From contig JAJFUS010000027.1 of assembly GCA_021372295.1 (NCBI GenBank), positions 8,378 to 72,377 on the forward strand: a DNA stretch of 64,000 nt. The letters run 5' to 3'. Position 1 is the first letter of the stretch. Every line of letters starts with the position of its first letter. The position numbers and the translations under genes were made by a program. Below are positions 26,101 to 34,247 of the stretch, piece by piece. The stretch is from a bacterium. Its GTDB lineage: Bacteria; Armatimonadota; UBA5829. The notes below the pieces were generated by a model. The model did not search any database. It was given only the letters and a program-made list of their open reading frames with translations, and was not told the origin of the DNA.

Positions 26101-28622
26101 ACAATAACTATGGATTCGCATGGGCGAGTGCGAAGGCGACCGTTTCAGGAGCTATCAGCGCTGCATTAAGTGGCGACCAAATATGGGTAGCGCAAGGAAC
26201 GTACGAAGAATGCATTACATTGCCCAGCGGCGTGAAGCTGTACGGTGGATTTGAAGGCACGGAGTCAGTGAGCACCGGGCGGCGTTATGCTTCATATGAG
26301 ACGATACTGGATGGAGACGGCTTTGATACCAGCGTCGTGACAATTCCCGCAAGCGCCACAAGCGCTACTGAGATAAACGGATTTACAATTCGGAATGGCG
26401 CAGGCACTTTAGTCGGAGTTAAAAAATACGGCGGCGGCATTATATGCAATAGCAGCAGTTCTCCAGTCATATCTAACAACAAGATAATTTCAAATATAAC
26501 TAACGACGGCGGCCAAGTGAGTGATCCCACCGTTGTTTTTCAGGGTGCTGGTATATACTGCGGAAGCGGATGCACGGCAACTATCATCAATAATCTGATT
26601 GCCGGTAACGGCATGTACGGTGGCACCGCAAATTCATCGGTTGGAGGTGGCATCAACTGTGACGGATGTAGTGGTGTTCTGCTTGTAAACAACACGATAG
26701 TGCGAAACGCTGCGGATCACGCAGTTGGTGTGCTTGTCAATAACAACGGCGTGATGACTGCATCTAATAACATCCTAGCATATAACTTTGGTAGGCCGAA
26801 CACTGGTGGTTTTGGCTTATATCTGTCGACTGGCACATTGACCACACATAACAACTGCAGCTATCCAGAAAGTAATAACACTCACAATGCTGATTCAAGT
26901 ACAGACATCAAGTCATCTCCGGGTTTTGTCAGTTTTACCGATAACACATCGCTGCCTGTTACCGGCATGGACTTTCATCTGGTGCTGACTTCCCTTTGTA
27001 TTGACGCCGGGTATCCCAGTGCAGTCGGAACAGGTTGGACGGATATAGATGGAGACACACGAAGCCTCAACCTGTGTGTAGACATTGGGGCAGATGAGCA
27101 CGGATATACCGATACAACTTTGCCCTCGGCTCCTGTCGTATCTGACGAGGGCGTATATACCTCATCGACCACCCAGCTTAGCGCTACCTGGACTGCGTCA
27201 ACTGACACAGGTCGCGGTTTGAAAGGCTATGAGATTGCACTATCAGAAGGCGGGACCGAAAATCTCGCATGGACGTATGTGGGTAACGTTACCAGCTATA
27301 CACTGACCGGGCTCAGCCTTAACTATGGAACCATATACTTTATCGCAGTGCGCGCAGTTGATAGAGCAGGGAATTACAATACTGGCATGTCAGATGGGAT
27401 CATGCCGCAGAAGACCGTGTATGTCAAAACCAGCGCCAACGGCGGCAGCGATGCTAATAATGGGCTAAGCTGGACGTCAGCCAAAGCCACATTCACAGGA
27501 GTTACAGGCGCATTGTCAATTGCTCCGGCCGGAACTATTATAAAAGTTGCCGCAGGGACATATAACGAGGCTATAGAATGTAGCGAAGTCTTTCTTTATG
27601 GAGCCTATCCATCCGCCGGCGGGGAGACTCGAAATTACACTAACAATATAACCACCATCAATGCCTCAGGTATTGCAGCCAGTGCGGTCTACATAAACAG
27701 TGATGATACGCCTTGGGGCTGTGCTGTCATAGATGGCTTTACGATAACCGGAGGATCGGGGACGGATGGTAAAGGCGGAGGTGTTTATGCAGATGGTTGT
27801 GTATCAGGTGACGGCTATTTGGTCATCAGCAATTGTCACATTACCTGCAATACCGCCGAGAATGGAGGCGGCATCTACGGCTACGGAGCAACCATCATTG
27901 ATAATGTGATCGATTACAATACTGTCAGTGATCAATATACAGCCACAGGCGCAGGTATCGCGTTTAGGTGTAATGGTGTTATCTCAGGAAACACGATCAC
28001 TCATAACACAGGCGATAGCGATCAACTGGGTTATGGTGGCGGCATTTATGTCAGTTCTAGTGCTATTGCCGGCCTTACAATCAGTGGCAACTTAATTGAA
28101 TTGAATACCATGCTTGGCGACACAATCTCAAGAGGTGGCGGTATCAGTATGAAGTGCAGTGGAGCGGTTGTTGCCGACAATATAATTGCAAAGTGCAAGG
28201 CGGAGGTAGGAGCAGGTATATATAGTGAAGAGACTGATTGTGATGCCGCAAACAACACCATAGTCAATATGTATGATGAAAACGGCAGTGCAAACAATGG
28301 CGAGGCCGTGAATGGCTGGTTCAGTGTATTCTTCAACAATATCATTGCCTATAATGGAACTGGGCTAAATGGTGGTGGGTCATGGCTCCAGACCAAGAAT
28401 TACTTCTACTCAAACGACGACAACGGAGATATCAGCAGCAACGACATTGCTGCCAGTGTGAGCCCTGGTCTGACCAGCACGTATCATCTTAGCTCAACTT
28501 CCCCATGTATTGACGCAGGGTATCTGTATTGGAACGCGTATATAGATGTAGACTATGACTACGACGGGCAATATAGAGAGAACAATATAGTTGACATAGG
28601 GGCAGACGAGTACTACCAGTAA
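20175..28622 (+). CDS. Giant (2815 aa) surface/secreted modular protein: six right-handed beta-helix (PbH1/pectate-lyase-like) modules, six Ig-like 'MRFSNDGSTWS' modules and one FN3-like module
   Basis: The N-terminus is lipoprotein-like (FCALAASC). Each beta-helix module starts (K/E)xIYVN..TG.DNNYGFTWA.AKAT and ends D.D.QPR..G..VDIGADE. The FN3-like module is at nt ~27120-27404. No C-terminal sorting signal was recognised. Confidence 0.85.
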   Translation: MRRIFIFAIICFCALAASCQTGADILRVKVGGTGNGTSWANAYGKIQDAITASSEDDRIWVQGYSDTTVYNECITLKNGVSIKGGYVGDNNNNTDDDLRDIGDNPTYVTTISASGLDSCVVYADGITNTEGTIIEYCTIRDGVGKLVSNYRYGCGVCCISASPTISHCRICTNYYDESGTYTYHGGGIYGDADSTPVIQNCVIVSNTSDCGGGIYLYQGICTDNNISSNRAWGQGGGASLGGSGATESTFTGNTVSSNHAVYGGGGVFLGNGSAYTVFSDNLIDSNGVIDDGGGISALGSCSILNNRITNNSAWGCGGGIFWYEGSSSGSLYNNVISGNKAYTWGKGAYISSSAHTEIVNNTIVNNTSQDGGINPCAIYLTGGTVGLYNNIIANNSTYGVYTVGQITYSYYNCLYNNGTDYNVTPVNSLGNINTSPSFETDGYHLAANSTNCIDAGYYDIVAWDTDIDTQPRVQGNNVDIGADEIDNDPPRGSIVISGSDVLYTLSTTVTLILHATDYSSGVYQMRFSNDDSTWSEWESYGSIKSWTLASGDGEKTVYVQYKDNAGNVSASFSDRIYLRVGNKVIYVNNQTGNDNNYGFTWATAKATIWRGVQAAQSGDEVWVAEGTYTITVICPTKSNIGIYGGFAGDELNRNDRDWVTHETIIDGSANYLVVDVPIEGSGSVIDGFTFRNGVPYDVGGYIWCSGSVTIAHNKVLIDEADSAIYIDAAATFHDNLVIASFLSGEPIKNGVVVGSGAQIFNNTIVNACIAYSDSGTYAVDNNIIANWGDTATITLDADSCYNNCFYGFDAADIIGVNNNFSGDPLFVDSANGDYHLSNISPCIDAGLGSVVGTGWLDIDNQPRIQGNSVDIGVDEVDNVVPVGSVLINQGDTYAQLADVVLTLTATDAVSGVSKMRFSNDGSTWSSWENYDTSWDWTLASGDGNKTVYAQFKDNAGNVSATYSDSIYLRVGEKTIYVNGQTGSDNNYGFTWASAKATVSGAISTALSGDQVWVAQGTYYGCITLPVGVKLYGGFPTTSESIPNPGLSDRDWTTNVSILDANGAASTVICNVGVTNTSVIDGFTITNATSTSGIKCTDAHPVISHNIIDINAVSGISCWGNSHPTIWGNIICDTATSASPLYGEIYDGIDINDTSSPLIVNNTIVDLPCNGIHLTNRLTVFPTIANNIIAYNSRGICSDGINTTSVLVNNLVAVNSTNYVYVTMGATDLIPYAPGFVDRSGADYHLIATSHAINGGDSSYVGEDWTDIDGESRIMGSHVDIGADEFVDFAAPTNGSIVINSGAENTESLSVTLTLSATDDYSGVYQMRFSNDGSTWSDWYSYATTKGWTLAANAAAEKTVYVQFQDKAYQISDSYSDTIVLVDITPPTGSVGISGSNGTCTLTTSVTLVLSASDSGSGVYQMRFSNDGSTWSDWESYATSKSWTLTSGEGEKIVYAQFKDYFGNVADASDAIYYRVGEKIIYVNAATGDDDNYGFTWATAKKSIYGATYQFVQSGDEIWVAAGQYSNIVSGFISVPNVAIYGGFLGSETSLDQRNWVANETEVINWGEASWGYIGLSGLVIDGFTLTDVSSRGWTSAVTMAHNKIWITEADETINLSAAVAFHDNLVITDTSQMYGETITGGVAFGSGAQIINNTLIDTKISYSGTGTYALKNNIVANLGDTSTLSLDLASCYNNCFYGFDVPGVIGSNGNFSSDPLFVYKAHYCGDYHLTYASPCIDTGLDSAVVSDLDLDKNDRQIDLAVGTSGVAVDIGAYEYPDLASPSGSIVIKNGDAYTQSTTVDLTLSATDDYSGVYQMRFSNDGSTWSSWVNYQTSSSCSLTSGDGTKTVYVQFMDNVGRVSGSFSDTIILDTTSPTGSISISNGALYATATSVTLNLSASDARSGVYQMRFSNDGSTWGNWINYATSASWSLTSGDGEKTVYAQFKDNVGNVSASYSDKIYLRVGAKTIYVNGETGGNNNYGFAWASAKATVSGAISAALSGDQIWVAQGTYEECITLPSGVKLYGGFEGTESVSTGRRYASYETILDGDGFDTSVVTIPASATSATEINGFTIRNGAGTLVGVKKYGGGIICNSSSSPVISNNKIISNITNDGGQVSDPTVVFQGAGIYCGSGCTATIINNLIAGNGMYGGTANSSVGGGINCDGCSGVLLVNNTIVRNAADHAVGVLVNNNGVMTASNNILAYNFGRPNTGGFGLYLSTGTLTTHNNCSYPESNNTHNADSSTDIKSSPGFVSFTDNTSLPVTGMDFHLVLTSLCIDAGYPSAVGTGWTDIDGDTRSLNLCVDIGADEHGYTDTTLPSAPVVSDEGVYTSSTTQLSATWTASTDTGRGLKGYEIALSEGGTENLAWTYVGNVTSYTLTGLSLNYGTIYFIAVRAVDRAGNYNTGMSDGIMPQKTVYVKTSANGGSDANNGLSWTSAKATFTGVTGALSIAPAGTIIKVAAGTYNEAIECSEVFLYGAYPSAGGETRNYTNNITTINASGIAASAVYINSDDTPWGCAVIDGFTITGGSGTDGKGGGVYADGCVSGDGYLVISNCHITCNTAENGGGIYGYGATIIDNVIDYNTVSDQYTATGAGIAFRCNGVISGNTITHNTGDSDQLGYGGGIYVSSSAIAGLTISGNLIELNTMLGDTISRGGGISMKCSGAVVADNIIAKCKAEVGAGIYSEETDCDAANNTIVNMYDENGSANNGEAVNGWFSVFFNNIIAYNGTGLNGGGSWLQTKNYFYSNDDNGDISSNDIAASVSPGLTSTYHLSSTSPCIDAGYLYWNAYIDVDYDYDGQYRENNIVDIGADEYYQ
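21639..21908 (+). repeat. Ig-like 'MRFSN' module 1 (aa 489-578 of the giant ORF)
   Basis: PPRGSIVISG...TDYSSGVYQMRFSNDDSTWSEWESY...GDGEKTVYVQYKDNAGNVS. Confidence 0.8.
22809..23078 (+). repeat. Ig-like 'MRFSN' module 2 (aa 879-968)
   Basis: VVPVGSVLINQG...TDAVSGVSKMRFSNDGSTWSSWENY...GDGNKTVYAQFKDNAGNVS. Confidence 0.8.
24039..24314 (+). repeat. Ig-like 'MRFSN' module 3 (aa 1289-1380)
   Basis: AAPTNGSIVINSG...TDDYSGVYQMRFSNDGSTWSDWYSY...EKTVYVQFQDKAYQIS. Confidence 0.8.
24324..24593 (+). repeat. Ig-like 'MRFSN' module 4 (aa 1384-1473), tandem to module 3
   Basis: TPPTGSVGISGS...SDSGSGVYQMRFSNDGSTWSDWESY...GEGEKIVYAQFKDYFGNVA. Confidence 0.8.
25509..25778 (+). repeat. Ig-like 'MRFSN' module 5 (aa 1779-1868)
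   Basis: ASPSGSIVIKNG...TDDYSGVYQMRFSNDGSTWSSWVNY...GDGTKTVYVQFMDNVGRVS. Confidence 0.8.
25785..26054 (+). repeat. Ig-like 'MRFSN' module 6 (aa 1871-1960), tandem to module 5
   Basis: TSPTGSISISNG...SDARSGVYQMRFSNDGSTWGNWINY...GDGEKTVYAQFKDNVGNVS. Confidence 0.8.
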
Positions 28623-28634
28623 GACCTTCACGAC

Positions 28635-28676
28635 GTTCAGGATCGCGGATTGTTTATCATGTTCGCGATCCTGAAC
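28635..28676. terminator. Bidirectional terminator hairpin between the convergent giant gene and the ABC ATPase gene
   Basis: 13-bp perfect stem GTTCAGGATCGCG ... CGCGATCCTGAAC with a 16-nt loop. Confidence 0.6.
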
Positions 28677-28680
28677 ATCA

Positions 28681-29412
28681 TTACACCGACTTGAATTCCT
28701 CTTCCACCTTCACCACATCGTAATCGGCCACGATATGGCCGTCCTCCACCATCACAATCCGCTCGGCTTCCTGCGCCAGGCGATCGTCGTGAGTGACAAG
28801 CACAAACGCAATTCCAAACTGCGAGTTGAGCTCGCGGAGCATATCGAAGACGAGCGCGCCATTCTGGCTGTCGAGGTTGCCGGTGGGTTCGTCGGCTAGA
28901 ATCAGCTTAGGTTGATTCGCAAGCGCCCTCACGATTGCCGCGCGCTGCTGCTGGCCGCCCGAAAGCTGGGTGGGACGAGCCTTCATTTTGTCGGCAAGAC
29001 CCACCTTCGCCAGGAGATGTTTCACCCACTCAAGTTCGTCCCTGCTCGCGCCGCCCTTGCGGATTGAAAGAGGCATCATGGCATTTTCCAGCACGCTGAA
29101 CTCGTTCAAGAGGTAGTGAAACTGGAATATGAACCCGATGGTATCGCCGCGCAGTGCCGCCAAGCCCTCGTCGTTCAGGGTCGAAGTGTGTTTGCCGTTG
29201 ATTATCACATCGCCCGAGGTCGGTCTGTCGAGCGCGCCAATCATGTTGAGCATCGTGCTCTTGCCCGAACCAGACGCCCCCACCACAGCCGTGAACTCAC
29301 CGGGTTCCACGCTGAAATTGACTCCTCGCAGCGCCCATGTCCCTACGCCTTCGCCATATCTTTTCGCAAGGTTTACGGTTTGGACGACCGGTATCGCGCC
29401 ATTGTTATCCAC
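28681..29412 (-). CDS. ABC transporter ATP-binding protein (LolD/MacB-ATPase type)
   Basis: Walker A GASGSGKST, signature LSGGQQQRAAIVRAL, Walker B ILADEPTGNLD, H-loop VTHD. Confidence 0.9.
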   Translation of the reverse strand: MDNNGAIPVVQTVNLAKRYGEGVGTWALRGVNFSVEPGEFTAVVGASGSGKSTMLNMIGALDRPTSGDVIINGKHTSTLNDEGLAALRGDTIGFIFQFHYLLNEFSVLENAMMPLSIRKGGASRDELEWVKHLLAKVGLADKMKARPTQLSGGQQQRAAIVRALANQPKLILADEPTGNLDSQNGALVFDMLRELNSQFGIAFVLVTHDDRLAQEAERIVMVEDGHIVADYDVVKVEEEFKSV

Positions 29413-30658
29413 GTCTTATCGCCTCCACCGGATCGAGCCTTGATGCGCGCCACGCGGGAACCAGACTGCTCATCAGGCCGACCACAATCGCCACAACCGA
29501 TGCCGCCATCACATACTTTATGTCCCAGTTCATCGGCACGATTGTAGCGGGTCTGCCGCCGAACGTCTCGCCCGGAGCCGGGATATTCATCACCAGGAAA
29601 CACAGCCCCGTCCCGATTCCCGAGCCCAAAACCGCGCCGCCGATGCCCACGCCCAATCCTTCGAGCACGAATATCTTTTGAATCTGCTTTGCCGTCGCGC
29701 CCATACTCTTTAAGATGCCGATATCGCGCGCTTTCTGGACGACAAACACAATCATCACGCTCGCGACCCCGAATGCCGAGGCCATCAGCGTCATCGCCTG
29801 AATAATCGCGGCGGCAGTGTTCTGAGCGCGCAGCGTGTCCAGAAACGCCTTGTTCGACTCCATCCAGCTCGTCACCTTAAGCGTCGAGAAACTCCTGATT
29901 TCTTCCGCGATGCTCTTCGCGCTGAACAGCCCCCTGCCGCGCACGTTCAGAGTGGTCACGTCTTTGCCGATATTAAACATCGCCTGCGCCGCGGATAGAC
30001 CCGTGTAAACCCACGATTCATTTGCCTGGTCCATCCCCATATCGAAAAGGCATGCGACCCTGAAAGTCTGAATAATTCCCTGATCTGAGACGAGCCTTAT
30101 CCGGCTGCCGAGTTTTGCGCCGATATCGTCGGCCAGTTTCACGCCTATCGCAGCGTTCTGACTATCCACACTGTTGAAATCGCCTTCGACGACCCTGTTC
30201 TGCAGTGACATGACCTTCATCTGCTGGGACGGAACCACGCCGATTATCATCGCGCCGACAGTCTTAGCCCCGCGGCTGACAAACCCGCTTCCCTCGGCCG
30301 ATGGCGCCACTCCTGCCACGTCCGGCAGCCCGCGGACAGTCTCGCAGACGCGCTCCCACTGCCGTATCTTGCGCTTTTGGGTGGACATTTTTTCGAGGTC
30401 GGTCACCACCGTCCCCCTGACTCCGCCCTGATCCGAGACCTGCCATAGAGGCTTGGCTCCGGGCGTCTCGGCCTCGACGGTAACATGAGGGATCGAACCG
30501 ACCATGTCCTCGATCAGCCCAATCTGCAATCCGTTTATGAGCGACGACAAAAACACCACCAGCAGCACACCCACCGCCACCGCGCCGACCGTGAGTTCGG
30601 TCTGGCCGTGACTTGTAAGCAGATGCCGCCACGCCACTTTTAGCTCGAATTTCTTCAA
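29405..30658 (-). CDS. ABC transporter permease, FtsX/LolC-E/MacB family
   Basis: It has an N-terminal TM helix, a large periplasmic domain and a C-terminal FtsX-like 3-TM bundle (...VQKARDIGILKSMGA...). It overlaps the ATPase gene by 8 nt. Confidence 0.85.
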   Translation of the reverse strand: MKKFELKVAWRHLLTSHGQTELTVGAVAVGVLLVVFLSSLINGLQIGLIEDMVGSIPHVTVEAETPGAKPLWQVSDQGGVRGTVVTDLEKMSTQKRKIRQWERVCETVRGLPDVAGVAPSAEGSGFVSRGAKTVGAMIIGVVPSQQMKVMSLQNRVVEGDFNSVDSQNAAIGVKLADDIGAKLGSRIRLVSDQGIIQTFRVACLFDMGMDQANESWVYTGLSAAQAMFNIGKDVTTLNVRGRGLFSAKSIAEEIRSFSTLKVTSWMESNKAFLDTLRAQNTAAAIIQAMTLMASAFGVASVMIVFVVQKARDIGILKSMGATAKQIQKIFVLEGLGVGIGGAVLGSGIGTGLCFLVMNIPAPGETFGGRPATIVPMNWDIKYVMAASVVAIVVGLMSSLVPAWRASRLDPVEAIRRG

Positions 30659-30662
30659 ATCG

Positions 30663-32231
30663 CTATCTTCCTAACGCTTTGACATCTGAGTTCGCAGTGA
30701 CGTTGGTCGCGTCCCTGATTACCCGTTCGCCATCTTTCAGGTCGCCCGAGACCACTATCCCGTCCCTGCCGACCGCTCCGGGAGTCACCGGTACGGGCAG
30801 AGCCTTGCCGCCGCGCAATACAAACACAGCCGACCCTCCGCCATATCGAGTGACGGTATCGGCGGGAAGTATGATTCGTCTTGCTGAGCGCTTCGTGACT
30901 ATATTGACGTCCACGGTGAGGTCAGGGCGCAGCCACGCGGCGGACTGAGTGAGGCTCAAGAGCACTTGAACCGTGCCGCGCTCCGAGTTCACTTTCGACC
31001 CGAGATCCGTCACCACGGCATGCAGTTCGCGGCCGGGGAATGCGTCAGCCGTTATCACGGCCTGCTGCCCGATTGTCAGAGCGCTGAGGTTTTCCTCATC
31101 GGTCTCGACCTCGACCAACGGTTTGGTCATCTCATGTAGGACGACCAGCTTTTGACCCGGCGAGATAGACTGTCCTTGCTCCACAGGCACGTCGGCGACA
31201 ATTCCCGTAAACGGCGCTGTGAGCTCAGACTTGGAAGTCATATCCAGGGAGCGGCGATATTCGGCTCTGGCTTGGTCCACTTTCGCCCGAGCGGCGCTAA
31301 CGTCTTCATATCGAGGCTGTGCGAGGATCGTGTTGAGCCGTTCTCTGGCCGACGCCACATTGGTCTCTCGACTGGCTCTGGCTTCGGCAAGACCCGCGTT
31401 GGCCTCGGCTATCTCGTCGGAGCTCGCTCCCTCTTTAATGAGGCTCAATCGCGACTTCTGCGCATCGGCGCTCGACCTGGATGTGACCACCGCGACTTTC
31501 GCATCATCCAACTGAGACTCGGATATCGCGCCCTGTTTATAAAGTTTTTGCAATCGACCGTAATCGAGTTCGGCTTTAGCGAGGATGTCCTGACGACGCT
31601 GCAGTTCGGATTGAGCTTCTGCCACTTCCTGCGGCCTGGAACCGCGCTTGACGGTTCTCAGTTTAGCTTCAGCCTGATTGATTCTCGCTTGACCGACAGA
31701 CTGTGCCTGGGCAAGCTGCGCTCTGGCCTCGCGGATTTCTGAAGGAAGCGGGCCGCGGCTGGCGCGCGCAAGTTCGGCATTGGCACTCTCTAGAGCAGCT
31801 CGGGCCGCCTCGGCGCTCGAACGAAGCTCGGGTTGCGCCAGAGCGAGAAGCGGCTGTCCGGCCGTCACCGAATCGCCCTCTTTGACGTATATACTTTTGA
31901 TGACACCCGAGGAATCCAGCCCCAAATCGGCTACGCGGCTGCCTCGGATTTTGCCCGTCGCGCCGATGGTCTCCGCAGTGGTGACGGTTTTGACGACGGC
32001 CACATTGACACTATCCGGCGCGCTCACATATTGGTATAATGCCAGCGCAATAATTCCCGGCACAGCCAGCTTAGCAAGGCGCTTCCACTGGTTGGTCACA
32101 AATGCTGTCGCCCACGATAGTCGACGAGTGGGAATCGGGACAGACGGCGCGCTGTCCTGGGCGACGGACTCGGAATAGTAGTCCGAGCCGGTTCGAGCTT
32201 CTTTTAATTCTTCCGGCAATACTCCACGCAT
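30663..32231 (-). CDS. HlyD/MacA-type periplasmic adaptor (membrane fusion protein); start uncertain (32231 or 32306)
   Basis: It has a TM anchor, a barrel-sandwich lipoyl-like motif (VKEGDSVTAGQPLLAL), a long coiled-coil hairpin and a beta-barrel C-terminus. Confidence 0.8.
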   Translation of the reverse strand: MRGVLPEELKEARTGSDYYSESVAQDSAPSVPIPTRRLSWATAFVTNQWKRLAKLAVPGIIALALYQYVSAPDSVNVAVVKTVTTAETIGATGKIRGSRVADLGLDSSGVIKSIYVKEGDSVTAGQPLLALAQPELRSSAEAARAALESANAELARASRGPLPSEIREARAQLAQAQSVGQARINQAEAKLRTVKRGSRPQEVAEAQSELQRRQDILAKAELDYGRLQKLYKQGAISESQLDDAKVAVVTSRSSADAQKSRLSLIKEGASSDEIAEANAGLAEARASRETNVASARERLNTILAQPRYEDVSAARAKVDQARAEYRRSLDMTSKSELTAPFTGIVADVPVEQGQSISPGQKLVVLHEMTKPLVEVETDEENLSALTIGQQAVITADAFPGRELHAVVTDLGSKVNSERGTVQVLLSLTQSAAWLRPDLTVDVNIVTKRSARRIILPADTVTRYGGGSAVFVLRGGKALPVPVTPGAVGRDGIVVSGDLKDGERVIRDATNVTANSDVKALGR

Positions 32232-32546
32232 CCTGCGCAACGTACCTCCCACAATCCGCGTATTAATCCGTGTTAGAATACGGAAGCTGCACATGAAATA
32301 GTTCATTCATGGCGCTGCAAACAAAACTATTGTAACACTTGTCGAAAAATCGCCCAAGCTGGCAGACGCGTGGATACAGCTAAAGACTGGAGTCAGAATG
32401 TCCAGGAAACAGGGTTTCCTGGCAGAGTCTCTTGCAAAGCCCCAAATTTAGCGCAAATCCGAGCGCATGGTTTAACTCAGGCGGGCTTTGTGTATCATGG
32501 TGATGAGTTAGGTTTTTTGACTTTTCAACGGACTCATCTTATACTC

Positions 32547-33404
32547 ATGAATGTGATTGACGAACTGAGAGAACTATACAAATACCGTGACATGCTCAAG
32601 CAGCTTGTGGTGCGCGACCTCAAAGTGCGCTACAAGAACTCTGTGCTGGGGTTTTTCTGGTCGCTGGCGAACCCATTGGTGCAGGTCGCCACGATTACCA
32701 TAGTAATCAAATATGTAATGCGGCTGGATATACCAAACTACTCGGCATACCTGCTGGTGGGCTATCTGCCGTGGGTATTTTTTCAGATGACTCTGCTGGA
32801 CTCCAGCCAGGTAATCCTTATGCACCGTGACTTGCTGCGAAAGGTCTACTTTCCGAGAGAACTGCTGCCGCTGTCGGTAGTGATAGCAAACGTGATTCAC
32901 TTTGTTCTGGCTCTGGTGGTGTTCTTTTCATATTTGCTGTTTTACCGAGTTTTTCTGCACGGCGCTCCGATTGCGCTCACCGCAGCGTGGCTGCCCGTGC
33001 TGATATTGCTCCAGACACTGCTTTTGGTTGGGCTGACGTTCATCGTCTCGTGCATGAACGTGTTTTTCGACGACACCAAGTACCTCCTGACCGTGCTCTT
33101 GAACGTCCTCTTTTACCTGACGCCGGTGATGTATGTTTCGGAGTTGGTTTACACCAGGCTGCCTGAGGCGCATCGTGGGCTGCTGTTCAAACTCTATCTG
33201 CTTTGCCCGCTCAATATGCTCACTGAAGCCTATCGCAAGACTCTTCTGCCGGCGTTTCATGGTGGCATAAAAGGGTCGGAAATAAGCAGTGTCCCGCTGG
33301 ATTATGGCATGCTCGGCGTGTGTGCGATTGTCTGCATATTGGCGGCAATCGGCGGTTATGCGTATTTCAACGCCCGAAAATGGCTGTTCGCGGAGCGAGT
33401 GTAG
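32547..33404 (+). CDS. ABC-2 type polysaccharide/teichoic-acid-type export permease (Wzm/TagG-like)
   Basis: YKYRDMLKQLVVRDLKVRYKNSVLGFFWSLANPL is the hallmark ABC-2 N-terminus, and there are six predicted TM segments. The ATG at 32547 gives this canonical N-terminus. Confidence 0.85.
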   Translation: MNVIDELRELYKYRDMLKQLVVRDLKVRYKNSVLGFFWSLANPLVQVATITIVIKYVMRLDIPNYSAYLLVGYLPWVFFQMTLLDSSQVILMHRDLLRKVYFPRELLPLSVVIANVIHFVLALVVFFSYLLFYRVFLHGAPIALTAAWLPVLILLQTLLLVGLTFIVSCMNVFFDDTKYLLTVLLNVLFYLTPVMYVSELVYTRLPEAHRGLLFKLYLLCPLNMLTEAYRKTLLPAFHGGIKGSEISSVPLDYGMLGVCAIVCILAAIGGYAYFNARKWLFAERV

Positions 33405-34145
33405 ATGAAACCAGCGATACAACTCACCGACATCACAAAGACGTTCCTAATGGTTCACGAGAAACAGACCTCGCTGAAGTCGGCGATTCTGTCGTTCAGA
33501 CGGACTCCTTCGCAGAAGTTGCTCGCTATCAAGAGCCTCAATCTGACCATCGACTGCGGCGAAACAGTCGCCATTATCGGCAGGAACGGCTCCGGCAAGA
33601 GCACGCTGCTGAGAATAATCGGCAGAGTCTACAAGCCCAATGGCGGGAATGTCGAGGTGAATGGACGGATGTCGACCATGCTCGACCTGGGTGCGGGTTT
33701 CCACCCTGAGCTTACGGGTCGCGAAAACATATTTTTTAATGGCGCGATCATGGGGCTTTCCACCGCGCAGATTAAGAGCAGAATCGACCTTATAATCAAC
33801 TTTTCTGAGCTCAACGAGTTCATAGACACCCCAATCAAAACATATTCCGCCGGCATGCTGATGCGTCTTGGGTTTGCAATCGCAGTCGAGACCGGCCCCG
33901 ATATACTGCTCATAGATGAAGTTCTGGCGGTCGGCGACGCGGCGTTTCAGGAAAAGTGTTACGACCGCATAGACTCGTTCAAGGCCGACGGCCGCACGAT
34001 AGTCTTCGTCACTCACGACCTGGAGGCGGCGCGCGCCGTAGCCACGAGAACTATCTGGTTCGACAAAGGCGAAATCCGAGCGGACGGCAAGACCAATGAT
34101 GTGATTGGAGAGTATCTGGCGACTGTTCCGGCGCATCATCACTGA
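33405..34145 (+). CDS. ABC transporter ATP-binding protein (Wzt/TagH-like)
   Basis: GRNGSGKSTLL, YSAGMLMRLGFA signature variant, LLIDEVLAVGD. It is adjacent to the ABC-2 permease. Confidence 0.88.
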   Translation: MKPAIQLTDITKTFLMVHEKQTSLKSAILSFRRTPSQKLLAIKSLNLTIDCGETVAIIGRNGSGKSTLLRIIGRVYKPNGGNVEVNGRMSTMLDLGAGFHPELTGRENIFFNGAIMGLSTAQIKSRIDLIINFSELNEFIDTPIKTYSAGMLMRLGFAIAVETGPDILLIDEVLAVGDAAFQEKCYDRIDSFKADGRTIVFVTHDLEAARAVATRTIWFDKGEIRADGKTNDVIGEYLATVPAHHH

Positions 34146-34167
34146 GCCGTAATGAGTTTGTTAAAAG

Positions 34168-34199
34168 ACAGGGCAGATGAGTAATCCGCCCCTGTTTTT
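34168..34199 (+). terminator. Possible rho-independent terminator after the wzt-like gene
   Basis: ACAGGGC...GCCCCTGT (one bulge) followed by TTTTT. Confidence 0.35.
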
Positions 34200-34247
34200 G
34201 TTGCCTGGTTATCAGAAGTAGTCCGAACCGCGCTCTTTCAGAGCCTG

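Noticed and set aside
20175-28622. The periodic repeats might be a CRISPR array or tandem satellite DNA
   Set aside because: The repeats are ~270 nt coding modules inside one uninterrupted 8.4-kb ORF and are separated by 0.01-1 kb of coding sequence. There are no short direct repeats with unique spacers and no cas genes.
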